From an uncultured Armatimonadia bacterium (GTDB lineage: Bacteria > Armatimonadota > Zipacnadia > Zipacnadales > FEN-943), in NCBI GenBank assembly GCA_964608495.1, contig CAZSOQ010000003.1, positions 1-49,573 of the forward strand: a stretch of DNA of 49,573 nucleotides, read 5' to 3'. Shown here piece by piece: positions 36,157 through 44,225 of this stretch. Positions within the stretch are counted from its first letter, which is position 1, and every line of letters starts with the position of its first letter. Both the position numbers and the translations under genes were made by a program. The notes under the pieces are model-generated. The model had not been told where the DNA came from, ran no database searches, and was given only the letters and a program-made list of their open reading frames with translations.

Positions 36157-38925
36157 ATGGTATGCTGCCTCGTCATCGCCACCTTGCTAGCTACCGCGCC
36201 GGTCGGCCAGGCCGAGCGGCCCGTCCTACCCAAGCCCACCTACGCCAACTCCTTCTGCCTCTTCCCCATCCACGAGGGCTGGCACCTGCGCAAGCCGGAG
36301 GATCGCGAGCGGTTGACCAGGGTAGTGGAGGAGATGCGGTCGAGGATCGGGCCCGAGCGGCTGTACGCCCATCTGGGAGTGGCGGTCATCAGCGAGGGCA
36401 GCGAGTATGAGGGCTATGAGCTGGCGCGCGACTTGGGGATCGGCCTGGTGCTACAGGGGGGATGCATCGAGCACCACAGCCACGCCTGGGGTTTCCGCGA
36501 GCTGCTGCACGATCCCGAGAGGGGGGACCGGCGGTTCGCGCAGTGGTTCCAGGACGGGCTGATCGCCGAGCCGGGGCAGGAGGACCAGTGGGACTTCGGG
36601 GTGCGGGCGTGCAGCTCGCGGTATGCGGAGCCCGTCTACGAGCTGCGCAGGCAAAAGGACCAGGCACGGGCGGAACGCGTGGCCAAGGCGATGCGCGCCT
36701 TCCCCGAGACGGTCCTGGCCTGCAGCGGGCCCATCGAGTGCGAGATGCACCAGGGCGACCGGCGCTGGGGTGACTACAGCCCCTTCACCGTGGCCGAGTT
36801 CCGCGATTACCTGACGCACCAGGGCATCTACGCCCCCGGGGGCGACCGCGAAGGCCTGGGCTACCCGGGCGGCGAGGTCTTCGCCGACGATCCGTCGCCC
36901 GCGGAGGCCCGAGGCGACCGCCCGACCTTCAACAGCACCTTCGGCACGCGGTTCTCGACCTGGACCCTGCGGTACTGGGACCCGGCGGCCTTTCCCGAGC
37001 GAGTGCCGCTGGAGGCGCCGGGGATGCCCGGCCCGGGCGCGAAGGGCCACGTGCCGGGCGGTTTCGACGCTCCGCGGGTGCCCCCGGGCGAGCCGGAGCC
37101 CCAGGGCATCCCCCGCGAGGGCAACGACCGGTTCTGGGAGGCCTGGGCGAGCATGGACGATGGGCTGCCGGGCTTCCGCGCCAAGCTGCTGAACTCCTGG
37201 GTGCGCGACCACACCCGGTGGCTGGCGGAGGCCGGAGTGCCGAGAGACAGGATCTTCAGCCATCAGATACCCGGCGAGAGCTACGGAAGGGGGCGGCTGA
37301 CAAACGGCGCCTCGGCGGTGTGGACGGCCGACACGCCCAGCGGGAGCATCGGGATCACGACCTATTTCGGCGCAGCCAGCGATGTGGACGTGTTCACCAA
37401 GATCCTCGCGCGCAACGAGAACTGGGGTATCTTCGAGTACCATCCGCACCCCATCAACGCCCTCGACGCGCCCGTCGAGGAGTACCTCAGGTCCCTGCAG
37501 ACGTGCGTGAGATTCCGGGCGCACATCCTCACGCCCATCTCCTGGCCCAACGAGGGCAAGGACTTCATCGTGAGCACCGGCCCCTTCGCCGAGGCCATGA
37601 AGCAGGTCATGGCCTCGCTGCCGGACCAGCCCTACTACAACCGCTCCTACGTGGACTACGCGCCCCCGCCCGTGAGCGACGTGAGGATGCGGCCAGCCGG
37701 GGACGGGACGCGCGTGTCCTGGTCGGAGCTGATCTGGCCCGACCGCAGGTTCCGCTGGACCGACTGGCGGGAGTTCGAGCGGTTCGAGGTCCGCGACGCC
37801 GGCGGGAGGACACTCGCCGCCACGCGCGACTGCGAGACGACGGTCGAGGGCAGGCATGAGCGGCTGGCGGTGGTGGCCGTCAAGCAGCGCCGGGAGCCGA
37901 GCCTGCCCGCGATCGCAGGCCTGGCGGGCCACAAGGGCCTGGTGAAGTGGGACGAGGCCTACGACTTCTTCTGCGACCACTACCGCGTCGAGGCCTACGA
38001 CGCGGAGGAGGGCGGCGAGCTGGTCCTGACCGACACCACGCGCAGGGCGCGGCTGCACTTGCCGCCGATGGCGCGCGGGGAAGTGTGCTGCCGCGTGGCG
38101 GCCGAGACGCGGGACGGGACGCCGGGGCCCTTCACCCCGCGGGTGCGGGTGAGCGCGCCGCGCCCGGGGCGCCGCATCGTGGACCTTCAGGCGGCCAAGG
38201 CCCGCATCGAGGGCTCGCCGGACACGGCCTGGCGCGACGGGTCCGTGGGAGGCATCACGCAGGCGGCGCTGGCCCAGCACCCACCGCTGCAGGGCGGCTG
38301 GGCGCGGATGGAGGTGGGCGTGAAGCTGCCGGCCGTGGCGCGCGAGCAGAGGCTGCTGTTCGTGGCGGATGCCGGTCTGCGCGACGGCGCCGAGGGCAGC
38401 GACGGCGTCATCTTCCGGGTGGAGGTGGACGGCGATGGGCGCTTCGAGCAGCTCCTCAAGCCGGACGGCCAGTGGCACGAGGTGGAGGTGGACCTGACCG
38501 GCGACGCGGGGAAGGAGGTGCGCCTCGCGCTGATGACCAGCCCGGGCGAGACCTCGAGCTGGGACTGGGCCGTGTGGGGCGATCCGCAGGTGCTGCTGGT
38601 GGGGCCCGGTGTGGCTGAGCAGCCGAGGGTAGCGGGCATCGTGGCGCAGGGCAAGCAGGTGCGAGGGCGCGTGACCCTGCGTTGGCAGGCCAGGGCGTCG
38701 GACGGGCGGGCTTGGGACGAGGTGGCGGGATTCGCGGGATTCCGCGTGTATCGCGGCGCGGATCGGGACTTCCGCCCGAGCGACGCCAACCGTCTGGGAC
38801 AGACCATGGCCTTCGAGTTCGTGGACCACACCTTTGACGGCAAGGAGACCTTCTACCGCGTGAGGGCCGTGTTCGGCGACGGCACGGAGTCGCCGGAGTC
38901 GGAAGCCGTGCAGTATGCGCCGTGA
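36157..38925 (+). CDS. Secreted glycoside-hydrolase-like protein (GH42-like barrel) with FN3-like and NPCBM-like domains
   Basis: Signal peptide; DYSPFTVAEFRDYL and FNSTFGTRFSTW resemble GH42-type motifs; SDGVIFRVEVDG...WDWAVWGDP (NPCBM-like); TLRW...FRVYRG...FYRVRAV (FN3). Confidence 0.65.
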   Translation: MVCCLVIATLLATAPVGQAERPVLPKPTYANSFCLFPIHEGWHLRKPEDRERLTRVVEEMRSRIGPERLYAHLGVAVISEGSEYEGYELARDLGIGLVLQGGCIEHHSHAWGFRELLHDPERGDRRFAQWFQDGLIAEPGQEDQWDFGVRACSSRYAEPVYELRRQKDQARAERVAKAMRAFPETVLACSGPIECEMHQGDRRWGDYSPFTVAEFRDYLTHQGIYAPGGDREGLGYPGGEVFADDPSPAEARGDRPTFNSTFGTRFSTWTLRYWDPAAFPERVPLEAPGMPGPGAKGHVPGGFDAPRVPPGEPEPQGIPREGNDRFWEAWASMDDGLPGFRAKLLNSWVRDHTRWLAEAGVPRDRIFSHQIPGESYGRGRLTNGASAVWTADTPSGSIGITTYFGAASDVDVFTKILARNENWGIFEYHPHPINALDAPVEEYLRSLQTCVRFRAHILTPISWPNEGKDFIVSTGPFAEAMKQVMASLPDQPYYNRSYVDYAPPPVSDVRMRPAGDGTRVSWSELIWPDRRFRWTDWREFERFEVRDAGGRTLAATRDCETTVEGRHERLAVVAVKQRREPSLPAIAGLAGHKGLVKWDEAYDFFCDHYRVEAYDAEEGGELVLTDTTRRARLHLPPMARGEVCCRVAAETRDGTPGPFTPRVRVSAPRPGRRIVDLQAAKARIEGSPDTAWRDGSVGGITQAALAQHPPLQGGWARMEVGVKLPAVAREQRLLFVADAGLRDGAEGSDGVIFRVEVDGDGRFEQLLKPDGQWHEVEVDLTGDAGKEVRLALMTSPGETSSWDWAVWGDPQVLLVGPGVAEQPRVAGIVAQGKQVRGRVTLRWQARASDGRAWDEVAGFAGFRVYRGADRDFRPSDANRLGQTMAFEFVDHTFDGKETFYRVRAVFGDGTESPESEAVQYAP

Positions 38926-39000
38926 GCAGTGGCGGCAGGGGGCGGAGGGGGACCCGCGGCGGCGCAAGAGCGGGCCGCCGGCAGGGCTCGGGGCGCCGCG

Positions 39001-39029
39001 TTGTGGAGAGGGGCCCGAGGGCCTATAAT
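39001..39029 (+). promoter_or_regulatory. Putative sigma70 promoter of rph-rdgB
   Basis: TTGTGG-N17-TATAAT. Confidence 0.65.
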
Positions 39030-39055
39030 GCCCGCGCAGTCGAGGAGGCACCCCC

Positions 39056-39787
39056 TTGCGATCAGACGGAAGGCAACCGGACGAGGTCCGCCCCTGCACC
39101 ATCGAGCGCGGGTACATGAAGTACGCCGAGGGGTCGGCGCTGATCAAGATGGGCGACACCCAGGTGCTCTGCGTGGCCAGCGTCAGTGACCGCGTGCCCC
39201 GCTGGCTGGTGGGAGCGGATCAGGGCTGGGTGACGGCGGAGTACTCGCTGCTGCCGCGGGCGACACAAGAGCGCACACCCCGAGAGAGCTCGACGGGCGT
39301 CAGCGGTCGCACGCAGGAGATCCAGCGGATGATCGGGAGGGCGCTGCGGGCCGTCTGCGACCTCCACGCGCTGGGGACCTGGTCCCTCGTCCTCGACTGC
39401 GACGTCCTGCAGGCGGATGGGGGCACGCGCACGGCGGCCATAACGGGGGCCTACGTGGCCCTGGCCGACGCCGTGTCGTGGATGATCCAGCGCAATCTGG
39501 TGCGAACGTGGCCCCTGACGGCCCAGGTCGCGGCTCTGTCGGCGGGGCTCGTGCAGGGCGAGGTGCTGGTGGACCTGACCTACGAGGAAGACCGCTCGGC
39601 CGGAGTGGACCTGAATCTCGTGCTGACGCAGAACAGCCGGGTGGTCGAGATTCAGGCCGCCGCGGAGGGCAATCCCTTCACCGTCGAGCAGCTCAACAAG
39701 CTCGTCGGGGTGGCCAGCAAGGGGATCAGGACCCTCTTCGAGGTGCAGCAGAAGGCGCTCGAGGGCCTCATTGTCCGGTCGTCGTGA
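39056..39787 (+). CDS. rph: Ribonuclease PH
   Basis: MRSDGR, AEGSALI, GWVTAEYSLLPRAT, GRTQEIQRMIGRALRA, DCDVLQADGGTRTAAITG. Confidence 0.96.
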   Translation: MRSDGRQPDEVRPCTIERGYMKYAEGSALIKMGDTQVLCVASVSDRVPRWLVGADQGWVTAEYSLLPRATQERTPRESSTGVSGRTQEIQRMIGRALRAVCDLHALGTWSLVLDCDVLQADGGTRTAAITGAYVALADAVSWMIQRNLVRTWPLTAQVAALSAGLVQGEVLVDLTYEEDRSAGVDLNLVLTQNSRVVEIQAAAEGNPFTVEQLNKLVGVASKGIRTLFEVQQKALEGLIVRSS

Positions 39788-39788
39788 G

Positions 39789-40433
39789 GTGAAGCGCTCC
39801 GTGCCCCAGCGAAGACCGGACTCCTCGGGCCGACTCGAGCTCGTGGTAGCCTCGCACAACGCCGCGAAGGTGCGCGAGATCCGGCAGGTGCTTGCCCCCC
39901 TTCACGTCCCTGTCCTGTCGCTGGATGACGTCGGCCTCAGCGACGAGATCGAGGAGACGGGCGGTACCTTTGCGGAGAACGCGGCGGCCAAGGCGCTCGC
40001 GGTGGGCCGGATCACGGGCGGGCCTGTCCTCGCCGATGACAGTGGGCTGGTCGTGGACGCGCTGGACGGACGGCCGGGCGTGATGTCGGCCCGGTACGGC
40101 GGCGAGGGCCTCACGGACCCCGAGCGGGTCGAGCTGCTGTTGCGCCAGATGGCCGACGTGCCCCATGGGAGGCGGACGGCCCGCTTCGTGTGCGTGCTGG
40201 CGCTGGCGAAGGGTGACCGGCTGCTGGCGACGTGGGCGGGATGCGTGGCCGGGCTGATCGCCGACGAGGCGCGCGGGACGGGCGGGTTCGGCTACGATCC
40301 CGTGTTCCTGTACGTGCCGCTGGGAAGGACCTTCGCCGAGCTCACGGCGGAGGAGAAGAACGCCCTCAGCCACCGGGGCCGGGCCGTGCGGCGCCTGCCG
40401 TGGCACCTGGGAGCCCTGCACGATCCCCGATAG
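39789..40433 (+). CDS. rdgB: Non-canonical purine NTP pyrophosphatase (RdgB/HAM1)
   Basis: ASHNAAKVRE, EETGGTFAENAAAKA, ADDSGL, PGVMSARY, GFGYDPVF, SHR; canonical position after rph. Confidence 0.95.
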   Translation: MKRSVPQRRPDSSGRLELVVASHNAAKVREIRQVLAPLHVPVLSLDDVGLSDEIEETGGTFAENAAAKALAVGRITGGPVLADDSGLVVDALDGRPGVMSARYGGEGLTDPERVELLLRQMADVPHGRRTARFVCVLALAKGDRLLATWAGCVAGLIADEARGTGGFGYDPVFLYVPLGRTFAELTAEEKNALSHRGRAVRRLPWHLGALHDPR

Positions 40434-40454
40434 GCACGCGCCGCGTCGCCGGTG

Positions 40455-42458
40455 CTACCCCTGCGGGGGCGGCTTGGGGGCGGGACCAGGCCAGGTGTTC
40501 CCTCCGTAGCGCCAGTCGAGCTTCTGGTAGGCGAGCAGGAAGCCGCCCTGCGCCGCCGGTGAACCGTCGGCATAGACGCCGTCCTTGTCCACCCCGTAGC
40601 GCAGCATGTCCTGGCTGAAGCCCAGGTACTGCTTGGCGCCCAGGACGACGGCGTTGACGAGCTGGCGCTGGAGGTTGGCCAGCGGCGCCTTGGGCCGGTC
40701 CGGGAAGAGGGCGCGTAGCTGCTCCTCGGGCATGGCCTGGACACAGGGCGGTATCTTCTCCTCCTCCTGCTGTCCCTTGATCTGGACGAAGGCCTTCAGC
40801 GCCGATCTGCGCTTCGAGGCCTGGATGCCATAGAGGTTGAGGACGGACACGGTCGGGTCCTCCCAGAACGCCCCTGCCTCCTCGATGCCGCCCAGGGCGC
40901 TGAAGGTCTCCGCGACGAAGGTGCCCATGACGGTGTTGTCGTCGGCGAAGCAGGCGGCGGCCTGCCCGAGGACGGCCAGCTCGCGGGCCGAGACCAGGGG
41001 GCTGGGGGCCTCTGAGGGCTCCTTGGCCAGCGCGGCCGTGACGAGCGCGAGGCCGGCGTCGGTGTAATTCGCCTGCTTGGTCACCTCACCCAGTTGGCCC
41101 AGAAAGGCGCCGACGGCGAGGCAGACTTGGCGGGGGTTGGTCACGGCATGGACGCCGAGGCACTTGTCGCCCAGCTCCCGCGCGAGAGCCATGCGCTTCT
41201 CGCGGGGCTGCTGCGGCAGGTCCAGGATCGTGTCCCCCAGGGCCACCCACGCGGCCCAGTGGTCCAGGGTTGCTTGGGCGTCAATCCATCTCTGCACGAA
41301 GTCGAGGTAGCGGCTGTCGTTCGTGTCCTTGTAGGCGCGGACCATGCCCCGGGCGAGAGTCTCGCCGCCGAAGTCGGCGGCCAGGTCCCGAGGCTTCGTA
41401 ACGGCGAGCACGCGGTCCGCGGCGGTCTTCACCAGGTCCCGGCTCGCCAGCTCTTCCATGACCACGGCCTTCTTGGCCTTGTAGGTCTTGGTTTCCTTCG
41501 TGTTCAGCCCGAGGTACTGGGTCAGACACTCGGCGAGGACGCGGCCGGTAGCTAGAGGCGTCTGGAAACGCAGAAGCTCGGCGGCCGTGGGCGCCACGTC
41601 TATCTGCAGAGCTTCCTGCTCGACCACGGCGCCCTTCTTGATGTCGGGGCCGAGCACGAGCAGCATGATGTGCTCGCACCCATCGCAGTGGTCGCCGTGC
41701 GAGTGGAAGTCGTTGGTGTGGCGGCCGTGATCGTTGGTGAAGAAGACGGTGGTCTTGTCGCGGTAGTTGGGGTCCGCCTGGATGGCTTCCCACAGCTTCC
41801 ACATCTGCTCGTCGCAGTTCCTGATGGCGGCCTGGTACTCGCTGATGTCCGTGGCGACGTGGCCCGCGTGGTCGGTGTAGCCGAAGTTGACGAACACGAT
41901 GTCGGGTTGGTCGGCCTTCATCACTTGGATGACTTTGTCGAGCACCGCCGCGTCGCCCTCGGGTCCGTTCTCATTGATGGGGTTGTCGGGCCCGCCCCCG
42001 TTGACGTGGCTGCCGGCGTAGCGCTTCCCGTAGGCGGGGTGCGAGCTGTAGGGCTCGAAGGAGTACCGGGCCTTGCCGAAGACGGACCAGCACTTCGTCT
42101 CGGGCACGTCCTTCTCGTCGCGGCAGTACTCGAAGAGAGTGGGACGGGTGAGACGGGGCCCGCCGTTGGTCACCTTCTGCCACGTGCCGGAGATGAGCGT
42201 GCTGTGTCCCTGCCGGGTGACCGTGATGCCCCGGTCGAAGTAGTTGGTGAAAAGGGTGCCCTGGGGGCGAAGGTCGTTGTACAGGTGGGGTACGAACTGG
42301 TGCGTCTCGTCGCCGAAGGTGTCCATCCACCGCACGCCGTCCATGACGACGATGAAGACGTGTTCGGTGGCATACCCCCCGGCAGCAAAGGCGGCACTGC
42401 ACGTGACGCCGAGCAAGGCCAACACCGCAGCCACAAGCCCGAGGCGCTGTGCGCCCAT
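40455..42458 (-). CDS. Secreted alkaline-phosphatase-superfamily protein with a C-terminal alpha-helical domain
   Basis: Signal peptide; VVMDGVR, TVTRQGHSTLISG, TDHAGH, TNDHGR, HGD; AGGAGG RBS. Confidence 0.8.
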   Translation of the reverse strand: MGAQRLGLVAAVLALLGVTCSAAFAAGGYATEHVFIVVMDGVRWMDTFGDETHQFVPHLYNDLRPQGTLFTNYFDRGITVTRQGHSTLISGTWQKVTNGGPRLTRPTLFEYCRDEKDVPETKCWSVFGKARYSFEPYSSHPAYGKRYAGSHVNGGGPDNPINENGPEGDAAVLDKVIQVMKADQPDIVFVNFGYTDHAGHVATDISEYQAAIRNCDEQMWKLWEAIQADPNYRDKTTVFFTNDHGRHTNDFHSHGDHCDGCEHIMLLVLGPDIKKGAVVEQEALQIDVAPTAAELLRFQTPLATGRVLAECLTQYLGLNTKETKTYKAKKAVVMEELASRDLVKTAADRVLAVTKPRDLAADFGGETLARGMVRAYKDTNDSRYLDFVQRWIDAQATLDHWAAWVALGDTILDLPQQPREKRMALARELGDKCLGVHAVTNPRQVCLAVGAFLGQLGEVTKQANYTDAGLALVTAALAKEPSEAPSPLVSARELAVLGQAAACFADDNTVMGTFVAETFSALGGIEEAGAFWEDPTVSVLNLYGIQASKRRSALKAFVQIKGQQEEEKIPPCVQAMPEEQLRALFPDRPKAPLANLQRQLVNAVVLGAKQYLGFSQDMLRYGVDKDGVYADGSPAAQGGFLLAYQKLDWRYGGNTWPGPAPKPPPQG

Positions 42459-42574
42459 GGTAGCATCCCCCTCCTGAGGTGGAGGCATGAGACTCCCCCC
42501 GCGCTTACACTGCGAAGCGGGCGCCAGGTCAATGGGCGATTCGTGGCACGGGGTCCCTTACGCCGGGCTGGGAG

Positions 42575-43720
42575 CTAGTCGCCGGCGCGCTGGGTCCAGT
42601 CGGTGGCCTGTCCTCTGGTGTCCAGGTGGAAGGACAGAGTCCTGTGGCCGTTGTGGGAGTTCTCGTAGACCCCGCAGCCGCCGGTCCGCACTTCTCCTCT
42701 GCCCTCCATGTCGCGGACCACACCGCGGAGGAAGATCCCGTCGCTCACGTTGACGACTCCGTCGCCGCTGAGGTCTGCCAGGCGGTCGGAGTCGCCCTGG
42801 GTAACGCGGAAGTCAAAGGCCTCGCCCCACATATGGCGGCTCCGGGCCGCGCCGCCCACCCGAGCGTTGTGGGTCGGGCTGCGGAAGCCGTGGTGTTCCT
42901 GGCGCGCGATGACGGCGCCGGGGCAGACGCGATCGAGCACGCGCTGGAGCTTCTCGAGCTTCTCGAGGATGGCGTAGTCGAGCACGGTGTACTTGATGGG
43001 GGCGTCGGCGGGCTGGGCGCAGGTGACGTGGCCGAGGCGGAACATAGGCGTCAGGTAGTGCCCCTCGGCGGCGTCGGGAACGGGCGTGAACCATAGGGGC
43101 GGCACGCAGCCCGAGGGGTAGGCCCCAAGGTGGTAACCGTCAATCGCACCGGCCTGGGGGGCGCCGGGCGCGTAGCGCGGCACCAGCACGACTACGGTGA
43201 CGCTGGCCGAGTAGGCCGGGCCCGGCGGCGAACCGGGCGCGGGCTGCCAGACCGAGGTGAGGCGGAGCGCGGCGTCGCCCCAGGAGCCTGGAGGGGCGCC
43301 GATCTCGAGCACGCCGGGCAGGGCCCACTTGAGCCGCAGGGTGCTGCGCAGGTCGCCTGCCCAGCCCTGCGGTGAGAGCTCCCAGCGGATCTGCTGGGCC
43401 CCGCCTGAGGGCACGGCCTGGCCGGTCTGGTCGCCCCAGAACCCGGCCTGCAGGCCCAGGTTGGCCACGGAGCCCGGCTGGAGCGCGATGGCGGCGTCCT
43501 GGTCCAGACCCCACTCGAGAGCCATCCGCGCCCAGCCACCGCCGTAGGGAACCACCGCGTTGGCGAGGAGTCGGCAGTGGTACCGTGGCGTTCCGGCTAT
43601 GCCCGGCGACGGCGGGCACGCCAGCAGGCACGTCCCAACCGATAGGAGAGCCCACCGGGCAAGGGAGGGCCGACGGTTGAGTGATCCAACACAAGATGAG
43701 CTCTGGTGCTGTGCAGACAT
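42575..43720 (-). CDS. Exported peptidase M15A-like (D-Ala-D-Ala carboxypeptidase fold) with an EF-hand/dockerin-like insert
   Basis: GFRSPTHNARVGGAARSRHMWGEAFD and FHLDTRG Zn motifs; DLSGDGVVNVSD insert. The start is uncertain. Confidence 0.78.
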   Translation of the reverse strand: MSAQHQSSSCVGSLNRRPSLARWALLSVGTCLLACPPSPGIAGTPRYHCRLLANAVVPYGGGWARMALEWGLDQDAAIALQPGSVANLGLQAGFWGDQTGQAVPSGGAQQIRWELSPQGWAGDLRSTLRLKWALPGVLEIGAPPGSWGDAALRLTSVWQPAPGSPPGPAYSASVTVVVLVPRYAPGAPQAGAIDGYHLGAYPSGCVPPLWFTPVPDAAEGHYLTPMFRLGHVTCAQPADAPIKYTVLDYAILEKLEKLQRVLDRVCPGAVIARQEHHGFRSPTHNARVGGAARSRHMWGEAFDFRVTQGDSDRLADLSGDGVVNVSDGIFLRGVVRDMEGRGEVRTGGCGVYENSHNGHRTLSFHLDTRGQATDWTQRAGD

Positions 43721-43982
43721 TCCGGTGGGATGGGTTCGCGGCCTTGCGACTGACCGGCGCGGCTCATCGCCTCGACACGCCCCGGAGGCCGCTGCCTGTC
43801 GGGCGGATGCTGGGGCGAGAGCCGATCGGTTCGGGTACCGACAAGGCCCGTCGTCGGTCCGCGTCGCGAGGCTTAGCCTACACCAATCGTGCCTGGGAAG
43901 GCGACAGGCGCCCTGCTCCGGTGTGCGGAGGTCCCTGCCCAGCGGCGTGCGCGCCACGGGCTGCTTTCTCCCGGGGGCCAGG

Positions 43983-44141
43983 CTACTCCGGGGAGGCGTC
44001 GGGCGGCTGCTCTTTGTGCTCCGCCTGGAGGAAACGGAAGAGGTCGAGGATGTCATAGATGCCGCCGATGCCGCACACCACGATCATCCCCCCGAACCCC
44101 AGGAGGGCTGCCCCCAGCACTGCAAGCCAGACAGCTTCCAT
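43983..44141 (-). CDS. Small (52-aa) single-pass membrane protein, not in the ORF track
   Basis: ATG at 44141 gives MEAVWLAVLGAALLGFGGMIVVCGIGGIYDILDLFRFLQAEHKEQPPDASPE*; purine-rich SD-like GAGGCGGGTGAG upstream; lies right after the symporter. Confidence 0.7.
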   Translation of the reverse strand: MEAVWLAVLGAALLGFGGMIVVCGIGGIYDILDLFRFLQAEHKEQPPDASPE

Positions 44142-44225
44142 GCTACTCACCCGCCTCGCGATAAGCCTTGGCGTCAGGCGGCGACTGCCCGGGTGGGTGC
44201 GTGCCTCGGTCCCGGACAGGCGGCG

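Noticed and set aside
36451-39159. 902-aa minus-strand ORF, and other long shadow ORFs (7722-9434, 26841-28427, 29637-31358, 47522-49225)
   Set aside because: They overlap well-supported genes, have Arg/Pro/Ala/Gly-rich composition without motifs, and are expected from stop-codon scarcity at high GC.
43720-43980. c-di-AMP (ydaO) riboswitch or SRP RNA upstream of the peptidase
   Set aside because: Only short fragments resemble the consensus (CCCGAACC, CCCGACAG, AAAGCAGC); the conserved cores are missing.
43721-44056. 493-aa N-terminally extended version of the M15 peptidase
   Set aside because: The extension is low-complexity and overlaps the better-supported 52-aa ORF and the structured intergenic region.
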